DNA of 64,000 nt, taken from Octopus bimaculoides. Taxonomy: Eukaryota. Of the stretch, positions 26,895-38,590 are shown in pieces. The stretch covers positions 19,862,322 to 19,926,321 of the forward strand of contig NC_069003.1 of NCBI RefSeq assembly GCF_001194135.2. The letters are read 5' to 3'. The notes under the pieces are model-generated. The model was not told the DNA's origin. It saw only the letters and a list, made by a program, of their open reading frames with translations, and did not search any database. Each line of letters starts with the position of its first letter. Position 1 is the first letter of the stretch. A program made the position numbers and the translations under genes.

Positions 26895-27120
26895 CATTTA
26901 CATTTGATGGATATTTGTCCTCATCTTGTTTGTTGTTAACACAATGTTTTGGCTAATACACCCTCCAGCCTTCATTAGGTGTCTTGGGGAAATTTCGAAC
27001 CTGGGTTCTCATTCCTAAGGTATTTTTCGATGTTATTATTGTTATTATTCAGGTCACTGCCTGGAATCAAACTCGGAATCTTGGGCTTAGTAGCCAACGC
27101 TCTTAACAACCACTACACCA
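26895..27120 (-). mobile_element. tRNA-headed SINE-like element carrying a hammerhead-ribozyme relic near its 3' end
   Basis: Minus head 'ggtgtagtggttgttaagagcgttggctactaagcccaagattccgagtttgattcc' (A-box and B-box); hammerhead-like motif at 26938-26983. Confidence 0.75.
26938..26983 (-). ncRNA. Decayed type-I minimal hammerhead ribozyme
   Basis: gacac-CTAATGA-a-ggc(tggagggtgtatta)gcc-AAAAC-ATT-gtgtt; stem I gacac/gtgtt and stem II ggc/gcc pair. Three G-to-A changes separate it from CTGATGA..GAAAC-GTT. Confidence 0.6.
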
Positions 27121-27199
27121 TATCTGTAGACATATCTGTCAAATCTAAATAATGTAAATAATGTACATAGTTCCTCTTCTCTTAAATATAGAACTGTCT

Positions 27200-28875
27200 T
27201 AAGACTTCAGTTGCAATCTCAACCACAAGAAGTCTATGACCAGTGCCCAAGATACTAGCATCATGAAAAATCCTGTAGTTCTGTAGGAGTCTAAGTATGT
27301 GGTCCATCTCCTCTGCCACAAAGCCAGTATTGGACTAGCAAGTCCAGTAATGCAGCTCATGACATTGGTACCAGGAGCCAGGAATGCAAAGTCCATGGCT
27401 TTTGGTAGTAAATTAGCTGAAGGGCAGTAAGGCAGCCAGTGTTTATGGCATCAAAAGGGTGGGGATGATCAAGAAAGGTGGGCCGGCTGCAGTCTTGTTC
27501 TTGCGGCAGATCATCTGCTCAATCTGGAGTGTTGGCATCATACTGCTGGACAGGAAGAGAACCATACTTATCCCACTCTGGAAAGATAGAGGTGACTGCC
27601 ATGACTGCAACAATTATAGGGCTATTACACTCCTCTCAGTGCGCAGCAAGGTCTTTGCAGAATCATCCTGAACAGAGTGTGAAATCATCTGCTTATGTCT
27701 TTGGAGCTGGAGCTGTCAGGGCCCATGCCAAAGAGGCCAACTACTGGCAGGATCCTGGCTCTTCATGTACTCACTGAATGCAAGCAGAACTTTCAATAAG
27801 GGCTGTTTGCAGCCTAGGTTGACCTCTACAAGGCACTTGACAATGGACAGAGTATGTGCTTTGGATGGTTCTGGAGCTGAGAGGTATACATCCTCACCTG
27901 ATTGGGATGATAATGGCCTTGTACATAGGAACAGTCTGTGCAGTTCATATTGGGGGGATTAAATGAATTTTTCCCAGTCAGATCTGGGGCCCATCTTGGT
28001 TGCATCTTGGCTGAATGGTGATTCAATTCAGTTGTGGTACTCTCATTGAGGAAACCAGGATTACAGACCGAGATTTTTCTGATGATGCAGTTATTCTTGC
28101 TGGGTCTCTGGATGTCTTAAGGAGCATTCTCTTTTCATAAATGAGGAAATAGAACCACTTAGCCTTAGAGTCTCTCAGATCAAGACAAAGATCCAATCTT
28201 TTGTTGGCATCTTGGAGGACTCCAGCTTGTCTGTCTCTGTTGCAAGTCAGAATATCGAAGTAGTTGACTCACTTGTCTCAGCAATGAGATTTACAGTGGT
28301 ATTAGCTGCAAGTCTGAAATCCTACAAAGACTTGGATAAACTGGTACAGTCATAGACTCACTTGACAAGGGTGTTTGGTGCAGTAGGAGGATGAAGTTTC
28401 AGATCTTTAGGTTTCTCCTGTCCTATAGTTGGGAGACTTGTGCACTGTCCAGGGATCTAAAGAGTCACTTGAACCCTTTTGGTATCAGGATGTTACACAG
28501 GATTATGAGTTACCATTGATTGGATTTTGTATCAAACCAATGATTCTACTCAGAAACTGCGATGTGTCCTATTACTTGAATGATTTGAGAGCACCAGCTC
28601 AGATTGTTTTGCCATGTCACTCGATTTTCTGAGTCAGACCCAGCTTACTAAGTTCTCTTCACTGAGAATCAGGTTGGGTTCATGGCTCTTGTTGGTCAAC
28701 CACGTACCACATAGTTATAGCAGATGAGGAGGTATCTAGAAGAGATAGGGACTGACTGGGGCTCTGCTCAATGGTTCTCCCAGGAGGACCCAGGAATATA
28801 CTGACAAATGATGAATGCAGCAACACAGTGCAATAGCACATGTCCCCACACCTGACCTGATACACTATAAATAAT
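27200..28875 (+). mobile_element. Degenerate, 5'-truncated RTE-type LINE
   Basis: RT motifs 'ILIPLWKDRGDCHDCNNYRAITLLSVRSKVFA' (27459-27671) and 'ITDRDFSDDAVILAGSLDV' (about 28060-28120); multiple stops and frameshifts; 5' limit approximate. Confidence 0.88.
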
Positions 28876-29757
28876 GCTGCTTCTGCTTTCATGAAAATAA
28901 CAATGCAGGATTTAGTAAAAATACATCAAATCTATTTCAGTAAATGACATTAAGCAGATAAAGACAAAAACCCAACAGAAGAGGACACCAAAAGGATATT
29001 ACAGAAAAAAACTGTTTTATAATGTCCTCATAAATATTTATAATAAAGTATCAACCATCAGATTTGAACTCATATCCTACAACCTCGTTTCTTGATATAT
29101 TTATCTCTTGGCCATTTCATAGGCTAAGTGCAATTGAGTTAAGCAGACAGACATTGAGTAATGAATGCAAGTGTTATCAGTGCATCTGATAGACACATAA
29201 ATATATATATAAATATGTTATATATAAATGAATGTAATATGGAGATGTATAAATAAAAATAATAACAAATATGTACGTAATAAATAGATTAATGTATTTT
29301 GAATGAAATGTAAGCAGAATTATTAATATCAATTAATTAATGACAGTTTACTGACAGAACAAACAGAATATCACAAAAAATGTTGCGGTATTTATTTCCT
29401 GTCAAGGTCAACTTTACATTCCACTGTTCTGAGATGGTCAATAAAATAAAGTAGCAGTCAAGTCCTGGAATCAATTTAATCAACTGTATCCTCCCACAAA
29501 GTTTGTGTGGCCTCATAGCTAATTAAAGTCAATATTAGTTAATTAGGCTGAATGCATAATAAAAATGTCTCATAAATCTTGAAGGCTTTTAAAAGGTTAG
29601 TTTCACAGCTTTATGCAGGGGAAAACTAAATCACTGTTTCTATAGGACAACAAGCTGTTACAAAGAGCCTTTCTAGATGAAATAGGTTACTTGACAATAC
29701 CCAGGTGGAACAAATTGCTCAGATTTAAGTGTAATGCCAAAATATCTAATGACACAC

Positions 29758-29830
29758 CTGCCATGAAGGTGAAGATCTATGAGATGATAATCCAATACCA
29801 GTGATTTCACCAATATGCATACATGGAGAT
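29758..29830 (-). CDS. Candidate exon 4 (73 nt): (Y)LHVCILVKSLVLDYHLIDLHLHG, or SPCMHIGEITGIGLSSHRSSPSWQ in another frame
   Basis: Acceptor cacattctttcag|, donor cag|GTGTGT; two open frames. Confidence 0.35.
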
Positions 29831-30094
29831 CTGAAAGAATGTGCTTGTGTGTATATTGAGTAAAAGCAGTAGCAAATATTTTAGTTTTTAAAACAAGTCT
29901 ATGAAGCAATTTTATCTCATACATTTCCATAGGTTCATGCCTTGCAATGGTGTGTATACATTTAGTATGATACACAGATGGCTATTTTAATCTAATGGTC
30001 TTTCAATTGCATATACTGAGGTTTTCTACAATCTCATAAATTTCTACATAAACAGTGAATGTTTTATTCATTGTTTCCTACAAGCACGCACACA

Positions 30095-30138
<44 letters not shown>

Positions 30139-30302
30139 CATAAGAGTGCATTTTTTTTAATTTTCATCTTGGAATTAGTTTCCAAACAGTTGAAGTTATC
30201 TGCACTGTATTAGTAGTTGGTCCAAAACTACCACAACTTGACTCAATGAACTCAGAAGCAATCTAAAACTACAAAAACATCCCTTGAAATTAATAGGCAA
30301 TT

Positions 30303-30400
30303 GGAGTAAATTCTAAGGAGCTGAACATATCTCTGAGGACTCCTCAATGAAGGAGTAAATTCTAAGGCGCTGAACATATCTCCGAGGACTTCTCAATGAA
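30303..30400. repeat. 49-bp tandem duplication (2 copies, 3 mismatches)
   Basis: ggagtaaattctaaggagctgaacatatctctgaggactcctcaatgaa followed by ggagtaaattctaaggcgctgaacatatctccgaggacttctcaatgaa. Confidence 0.95.
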
Positions 30401-31009
30401 AATTTGAGAAAGATATTACTATTTGTTAGCACATCTGATCAGAGAATGTTGAACATATTTACTATCATTCAAGCTATGCTACCAATCCTGCTGCAAACAA
30501 AGCAGGACAAATGTAAGGTTTCGTCAAAAAAAAAAAAAAAAAAGCCTCAACAATCAAAAGCGAATGTGAAGCAAAGAATTTTCAAAATACCCCACAAAGC
30601 TGAGAGCTGACAAAGTTGTTAGAGTATTAGACACAGTGCTTTGTGATATTTGTTTGTGGATCTCTGTGTTCTTAGTTCAACTCCTACTAAAGTAAACTTC
30701 ACTTTTTGTCAATTTGGGATCAATAAAAAAAAGTGTGCCATGCCAAAGTGGTGGACTACTTGAACTGTAAGAATGTCAAACCAAATGCCGATATTTGGTC
30801 TGACTCTTGGCAATCTGAGTTCAAATCTTTCCATAATCTACTTGGGTAACAGGCTTAACCCATTGCCCAGTGTAACAGCACCATCTAACATATTCAGGCC
30901 AGGTTTCTAGTTTGAAGAAAACTTTCCTCCCCAACACTCACTCCTGGAATATATATTAACATTCCTGGAAACTCTATAACAGGGTCATGGGAACTGCCTT
31001 CCCTCCTGA

Positions 31010-31220
31010 TTAAAAAGACTTTTAAAAATCACATCACAAAATAATTCTGAATTTTCCCTTAAAACTTGTCAAGACAGCAGCTGTGAAACATGCAGTATAG
31101 ACAACTTCAACAATCTGGAAACTAGTTCTGAGACAGAATTCAAGAACAGACGTTTCACATTAAATTCTGAAATGAACTTCAAAACAGAAAATTTGGTATG
31201 TTGTATGAATACAACTCAAT
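31010..31220 (+). mobile_element. Penelope-like element fragment (CxxxxCxxC linker and start of the GIY-YIG domain)
   Basis: Open frame LKRLLKITSQNNSEFSLKTCQDSSCETC..FTLNSEMNFKTENLVCCM resembles the PLE pattern NLKRLL..KC...RC.TC..F.I...MNC.T.N+IY. Confidence 0.55.
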
Positions 31221-31489
31221 AGCCATTTATACTTATCACAAATCAAGACACAACTGGTCTAATTATCAGCAACATTAGTAATTGATATTTATGCATTATA
31301 CAGTATATATTGGAAATTGTAGTCATGAAACAGCTGTAAAAGCAATTCCATTTATTTGTCAGTGCATGAAAACAAAACTAAATTTACTTTAGTTCATATA
31401 TTCATAGCAAGATTTTTTACAAAACTCTAGACACTTCTCAAATTTTTTTTATATATGCTATGTTTGAGCATAAATATTTCTTTATATCA

Positions 31490-31523
<34 letters not shown>

Positions 31524-32740
31524 AGTGTGTTTTTGCAGTGAAATGAATATAGTTATCAATAAAAACTACAACCTGTCTTTCTTAATTATTTCATGACAGA
31601 CTTTGGAAAAAGACATGAACATCACAAGCTCTCGTACATCTCCCCTTCCTTAAACAGTGTGTGTGTTTGTGTGTATGACTGCATAAATAAAAGTATGCAA
31701 AATTAAACAAGAAGAATATTACAGTCAGGTCTCATTTTGTTTCTTTTTAAATTTGCTGACAATTATGATCAGATATATTTTGATTGTTCATGACAGAAAG
31801 AGAGTGAAGAAAAAATACATTGTTCAGAATCTTTGGTCTGAGGAATTTTCAGGCAACATGGGTATTTGATAGTAGCTCTTAGATAGCTACACTTTATCGT
31901 GATAAAGTTCAAAGACAATGAGATACAAATTAGAAAAAAGCCAATGTAACTTTAAAAAGTTAAACTTCTCTTGAAGAAGAAGAAAATGAATAAAAACCAT
32001 GAAAATATGAATAACTGAAATCTCCAAATAACGAAAAAAATATCTATCTATAGCATCTTTATACAACAATATTGCATCATTTAATATTTATATAAACTAC
32101 AAAGGAAATATTGAAATAAAGAAATGGAAGTTAAATGAGAGAGGGTTAGAAAGTATAATAAATTATAAATGCATTTATTATTCAAAGAACTTCCAAAAGA
32201 TATACAAATGCGTATTGTGATTAAATAACTATAAGAAATGCAATAGATAATCACATTCTTGTGTGTAAAAATTTTTTTAAAAGATGGTTTCACTGGAATA
32301 ATTATGTCTTAATTGAAGTCAGTAACTTTAGTATAAAGAGACATCATCTTTGATCTGTGGCAAAATAACTTAAAAAAATAAATGTTTGAAAACAACAGCA
32401 TTTTAGACATAAAATGTTTTTGGCAAGTGAAACAACCATACCTGCATCCTGATAAGAAAGCATAATTTTTTTTAGATATGCTCCCCACCCCATTACTAAT
32501 TCTATATAATTACTGTTTTAAAAAATAGTAATAGTTTCTGATTTAGGCATAAGACTAGCACTTTTGAAGGGAGAGAGAGTAGCTGATGCCATCAACTCCA
32601 GTGCTTGATTGGTACATGACATTACCACCAAAGAGGGATGACAGACAAAGTTGAGCTCAATGAGATTTGAACTCAGAAATGTGAAGAGGCAGAAGAAATA
32701 CAGCTTGCATCAGAAAAAAAAAATTTATCATTGCTGCTGC

Positions 32741-32783
<43 letters not shown>

Positions 32784-34584
32784 GTTGTTGTTGTTGTTGT
32801 TGTTGTTAAGGCAGAAATCTGGCAGAATTGTTAGTATGCCAATGAAAATGCTCAGCAGCATTTCATCCATTATTACATTCTGAGTTTAAATTCCGCCGAG
32901 GTCAACTTTGCCTTTCATCCTTTCAGGGTCGATAAAATAAGTAAGCAGTGGGGTTGATGTAATCAAAAATTTGCAATAATAATTATTTCTATTATTTGCA
33001 ACAAGGGAAATGGACACTACATATTTTTTTATAAATGGAAAGGGATTATATTAAGACCAATTATGAAAAAAATTTTCTTTTTTTTTTTAGTGTCTTTGAT
33101 TTTCTTTGTATTTTGTTTTGTTCTAAGTTGCCTGACTCACACCCTTTCATCATCCTTTTATGCCCACTTTCCCTGCTAGCATGGTTTGGATTAGTCAACT
33201 AGTCTTGCTTCAATGTCTCGGTTTTGGTATGGCTTCTAGGCTTGAGCTTTTCTTAATACTAACAACTTTACATAGTATATGAGGTGTGTTTTTTCATGGC
33301 ATTGGCGGTAGAGAGGTTGCTTGGCCCTCAGTAAGACTAAGGATTCCTCTCAACTTTGTGTTGTCAGTGTTTCATTCACCAAATGCTTTAGAAAGAATGT
33401 AGTGGATTTTATTTTGTCATAGCAGCAGCACAAATGGGGGTCATCTTGTAAATGAACCCCCATATCTGAAAGAGTAGAAGTTGAAGTACAATGGAAGGAA
33501 GAGAATTATTGCTGAGAGAGTGTAGTAGTGGAGAGAATGACAGAGGAGACACTGTTGCGGGGGGGCGGGGGGGGAGAAGGAGTAGTACCTGGGGTTAGAG
33601 TGTGTGTGTGTGCACGCACACATGTGCTTCTTTTACCAATATATATCAGTAAAGGATATTATTAACAAAACCAGAAAATCAGAGCTTTTTGAATAAATAT
33701 TTGTTCTGCACCAAGTTATAACCCTGATACTCCCTTGTCACTCTTGCAACCAGAAACATTGGGAAATCAGTAATTGGTTTATTAGAAATCTATAACCAAT
33801 GGCACTATTGCACACCAACTGTGATATAAAATTTTAAAAATTCCTATCAAATCCTCTCTAAACATAGAGAAACAAGTTGGATGATGACAACAAAATTGGC
33901 TAAAACCTTACAAGACAATCAAGTAGCAACATGTCCACACCCAAATAGAGAATAGACTGGTTGACGTGTTAGCCTGAAATGACAATCCAGTGTCCTAGGC
34001 TGCTTGTTCACATGAAGCCTATAACACATTGAGAGCTTTTTCACTGGCCCAAAGTTTATTCAGGGCCAAATAACAATAATAACAACTATAATGCCACCAA
34101 TATAAATGTTTCTAATTTAAGCAGACAGCCAGAAATTTGTGGAGAAGGATAAATTGATTAAATTGATTCTACTATTTGATTAGTACTTTATTTCACTGAC
34201 ACTAGAGGAACGAAAGGTATAGTTGATCTGGTCGGGATTTGAACTCAGAACATCAAGAAGGTAAACAAATATTTAAGGCATTTGTCCAATGCTGTAATGA
34301 TTCTGCCAATCCATCAATATAATAAAAGAACTAATATAATGTTAAGATGTTAAGGCCACTAAATATGACATGACAAAAAGCAATGCAGGGCTAAGGCCTT
34401 GTTTCATGTGTTATGTACTTCAGAGATACTACATGAGGTGTCATTCCATAGTAGGAGATATTCCCCAATCTAATATCTATTTCTGACAGTAAGGTAAAAT
34501 GAGAAGACAGAGCCTTGAACATGAATGTGTTGAAAGTAGAGAAAATGGTACAAAGAAGTGGTGGGGCTGACTGACTGGCCTTAC

Positions 34585-34641
34585 AACTTGAATTCAGTAA
34601 GACCAACTCAAGGCGATCACCAAAGTCTGTAGGCATGATAC
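34585..34641 (-). CDS. Candidate exon 3 (57 nt): IMPTDFGDRLELVLLNSS
   Basis: Strong acceptor cattttacctcccttttcttcag|, donor gtt|GTAAGG; only the phase-1 frame is open. Confidence 0.45.
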
Positions 34642-35090
34642 CTGAAGAAAAGGGAGGTAAAATGATGTACATGAAAGCATACTTCCCAAAATCCAAGTCA
34701 CACCTACCATCTTAAAAAATAAATGGCACACTGGAGAATGTAATTCTGAATATATGGAAAAATAATATGTTCATGACTGAAATATCTTTGATCTGAAGTC
34801 CACCTGATCAGGGTTGATACAGGGTTAATAAAGAAATACTCTCAGCATGTTTCAAATTAAGATCTGCTGAGCTGGTAGTTCAATACAATATTCATTTAGT
34901 GATTTCATCTTTACCAATAGAATGATTGCTCTTTATTAAAGTAGACTGTCACCTGTTTGGCTAGAAATGCAACCAAATCTCTCTCAAATCCTGTCCTACC
35001 ATCAAAATGAATTTTAAAAAAAGGCCAGGTGATATAGTTCAAAATATCATGAGTTCTACTGTCAATTTTGGCATATGAGCAACCAGGTGT

Positions 35091-35330
35091 TTGACCAACT
35101 TACTCATTGAATTAGCTTCTGTAGTAGTTGAGTATACCACAGACAAGTATACCCTTAACATAATTCTTAGGTACTGCCACAAGCTCCAGTCCTTATTGTG
35201 GTGTGGCATGCTTCAATGACACTGAAAGGTATCCAGCAGAGTGAAAGCTCCTAGTAGGGCCACCCATGCTGGACAGGTCAAGAGATAGATGCCAGGTTAA
35301 TATGGACCACTTCTTCCCAAATGTAAAAAT
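35091..35330 (+). repeat. Left arm of a 240-bp inverted duplication; resembles an RTE-type LINE 5' region continuing to about 35570
   Basis: The reverse complement matches 36271-36511 with 2 substitutions and 1 indel. Confidence 0.95.
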
Positions 35331-36270
35331 AATTAGGTTTGAGAAGGGCCAACATTCCTACCAAGAAAAAAAGACCAAAAAAAGTTACTGAAGCATTGAT
35401 AATAGTTCAAAATCAACAAAGCTTGGAAGAGGAAGGCCTTACAGTGAAGAGTCAAAAACAAAGGAGAAAAGTTGTCAATAGCCTATGTTTTAAAGGAATG
35501 AAGGACTTAAAAAGTAATTCTCAGGAAGAATCAATAAGACAGTGTGAGAAGCTGGACTTGTGAATTATGGGTACAGGACATCAGACAGGTTTCCACAGAG
35601 TTTCCATGTACTCAAATTCTTTCACAACTTGAGGCCATGGTAAAAGCACTAACCTAAAATGTCAGGTAATAAAATTGAACCATGTCCCTCATGGATGCAG
35701 AACAAGCATTTTAACCATTTATCCATGCCTGCATCCAGTCCTGGATATGCAAAACAATGGATTGGCCATAGCTAAAATATTTTAGATCATACAGCTGCTT
35801 AATCAAAGCAGTCCTTGGGCTAAACAATAACAAGTCAATTATGACACTAATCACATGCATATGAACGGAATATAATCATTTCCTCCCTAATTGGTTCTTC
35901 CTTAATATAGTCAAAATGAGTCATGAACAGATAGAATTTTCTAAAATTAAAATTTCTCATTAAATAAGATACTGCTTAATTTTTGCTTGAGATACACTGG
36001 TGCTAACTTTTACACCTAGTTTAATTCTGTGTCTAAGTGGATTATTCCCTCTCAACCCCCAAACCCTACCCCTCAAGGTAAACCTCTATGCTTCTGTACG
36101 AGAACATGAAGTCATCTTGAGTGTATTAACCTTTTACGATAACAGTCCTCATTCCAGAATCCAATTAATTTAATTAGCATACCTTTCGTTATATACACGC
36201 AAAAAACTTCCCCTACAAAACAAATTTTAAACTTACCCATTATCACCACCACCACCACCATTCATCATAA

Positions 36271-36511
36271 ATTTTTACATTTGGGAAGAAGTGGTCCATA
36301 TTAACCTGGCATCTATCTCTTGACATGTCCAGCATGGGTGGCCCTACTAGGAGCTTTCACTCTGCTGGCATACCTTTCAGTGTCATTGAAGCATGCCACA
36401 CCACAATAAGGACTGGAGCTTGTGGCAGTACCTAAGAATTATGTTAAGGGTATACTTGTCTGTGGTATACTCAACTACTACAGAAGCTAATTCAATGAGT
36501 AAGTTGGGCAA
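36271..36511 (-). repeat. Right arm of the 240-bp inverted duplication
   Basis: Base-by-base comparison with 35091-35330; begins directly after a (CAC)n/(CAT) tract. Confidence 0.95.
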
Positions 36512-36569
36512 CCAACTATAACCTGGTTGCCTGAACCACTCTTTCACTAATTATCTTAGATGCTTTAGT

Positions 36570-36878
36570 GAAGGTGCATCATTTAGTGATTAAGGTATTT
36601 GGCTCGCAATTGTAAGGTCATGAGTTCGATTCCTGGAGGTGTGGTGTTTCCTTGAGCAAGACACTATGTTTCACATTGTTTCGATCCGCTCAGCTGGAAA
36701 AATTCAGTTGTACCTGAAATTCAAAGGGTCAGCCTTGTCACATGCTGTGTCACACTGAATCTCCCTGAGAACTATGTTAAGAGTATGTGTTAATTTCACC
36801 TGCACGTCAATTGCACAAGCAGGCTGTTCCGTTGATTGGATCAACTGAGACCCTCGTTGTAACCGAGGGAGTGCCAGT
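36570..36878 (+). mobile_element. tRNA-derived SINE sharing the 'ccttgagcaagacac' central domain with 15504-15843
   Basis: B-box 'gagttcgattcc', central domain, T-rich end; reverse fragments at about 36990-37110 and 41890-42150. Confidence 0.7.
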
Positions 36879-37804
36879 TTTTTTTTTTTTTCAGGTACCT
36901 ATGTAGACACCCTTACAACTCCACACACACACCTTTTACCCAGCAGAACAGCAAAGATGTGACAGTTGGAGGGAGAAAAGTTTGCACCAGCAGTTAACTG
37001 GAACTCCTTTTCAGCTGAATAGACTGGTACAATATGCCTTGCTCAAGGACGCAATGTGCTGCCTAACCCAGGAATCAAACCTACAACCTCATGATCATCA
37101 GCCCAGCACCCTAACCACTGTATACATACATAAAAACATCACCTACAAATATACCACAATCACAACCACCATTACTATTGCCACCATCTACAGTTAATCA
37201 TAAACACAAGCCAATGAGGAAGTTTCTATGTGCTCACTTAGTTTACAGTAAATAGCAGCTAAAATTTTCCTCAAATCACTCTCTACTCAAATTTAAAAAA
37301 GGACAGATCGAACAATGTCATTGTGCAAGTACAAAATGATGTAATATTCAGGGCTGGAAAGGCTTCACTCATAGCTAGTTTTACTCAGAGCTTATCAGTG
37401 GCTAAACAACATCGCAAGCACTATCAACACCATCTGTAAACTATATGAAAAAAGAAAAAAATCTATGATCATCACCAACAAAGAGAGTTTTTATGCAGTT
37501 ACTCAACTTGCCAGAAATAACAAATTTCTTCAGATCACACCCTCCTGTTCTATAATAAAGACACATTGTACAGTGTACCCTCTGATATACAAAAACAAAA
37601 GATGGTTGCAACCAGTCTGGGGTTAAACACCAACAGCATCAAAAACACAATCAACAACTCCACTCACTAACATAAACACAAACACTACTCTGTAGGGTTT
37701 CTAAATATGGTAGAAATAACAGTAAAAATCTCCCTCGCCTCTTGAAAATGGTAAAGGATATATTAGACAATTAAGTTTTAGGTAAACAGAAAGAAGAAGA
37801 ATCA

Positions 37805-37845
<41 letters not shown>

Positions 37846-37938
37846 CAAGAATAAGGGCAGGGAATCGTCAATTAATAATAGAATTAATAATTAACAATTT
37901 TGCCAAGTAGTTCAGTATGAAAAAACCTTTATTGGTAA

Positions 37939-38195
37939 NNNNNNNNNNNNNNNNNNNNNNNNNNNNNNNNNNNNNNNNNNNNNNNNNNNNNNNNNNNNNN
38001 NNNNNNNNNNNNNNNNNNNNNNNNNNNNNNNNNNNNNNNNNNNNNNNNNNNNNNNNNNNNNNNNNNNNNNNNNNNNNNNNNNNNNNNNNNNNNNNNNNNN
38101 NNNNNNNNNNNNNNNNNNNNNNNNNNNNNNNNNNNNNNNNNNNNNNNNNNNNNNNNNNNNNNNNNNNNNNNNNNNNNNNNNNNNNNNNNNNNNNN
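37939..38195. other. Assembly gap (N run)
   Basis: N characters; (TA)n on the right. Confidence 1.
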
Positions 38196-38221
38196 TATAT
38201 ATATATATATATATATATATT

Positions 38222-38590
38222 ACAGACACAGCTGTGTGGTTAAAGAGTTCACTTCTCAACCACATGGTTTGAGATTCAGTTCTACTGTGTGGTGCCTTAG
38301 GTATGTATCTTCTTCTATAGCTCTGGGCCAACCAAAGCCATATAAATGGATTTGGCGGATGGAAACTAAAAGAAACTTATTGTGCATGTGTGTGTGTGTG
38401 TCCTTGCCTTGACATTACATGATAGTTGTAAAGGAGCATTACTACCATCATGCAAATGATATCTTCCATGATAACGTGTCCTTACTTGGAAACAGGAGAG
38501 CATTGGTGAGAGCAAAGGCATTCAGCTAAAGAAAATCTGCCTCAACAAATTGCATCTAACCCAAGTAAGCAGGGAAAAATGAATGTTAAT
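38222..38590 (+). mobile_element. SINE: family-B head plus 3' module 2
   Basis: 'cagctgtgtggttaaagagttcacttctcaaccacatgg..' then (TG)n, then 'ccttgccttgacattac..gaaaatctgcctcaac'. Confidence 0.7.

Noticed and set aside
33912-33973. 62-nt minus-strand exon candidate (ANTSTSLFSIWVWTCCYLIV)
   Set aside because: Out of phase with exon 34585-34641; kept only as part of an alternative chain.
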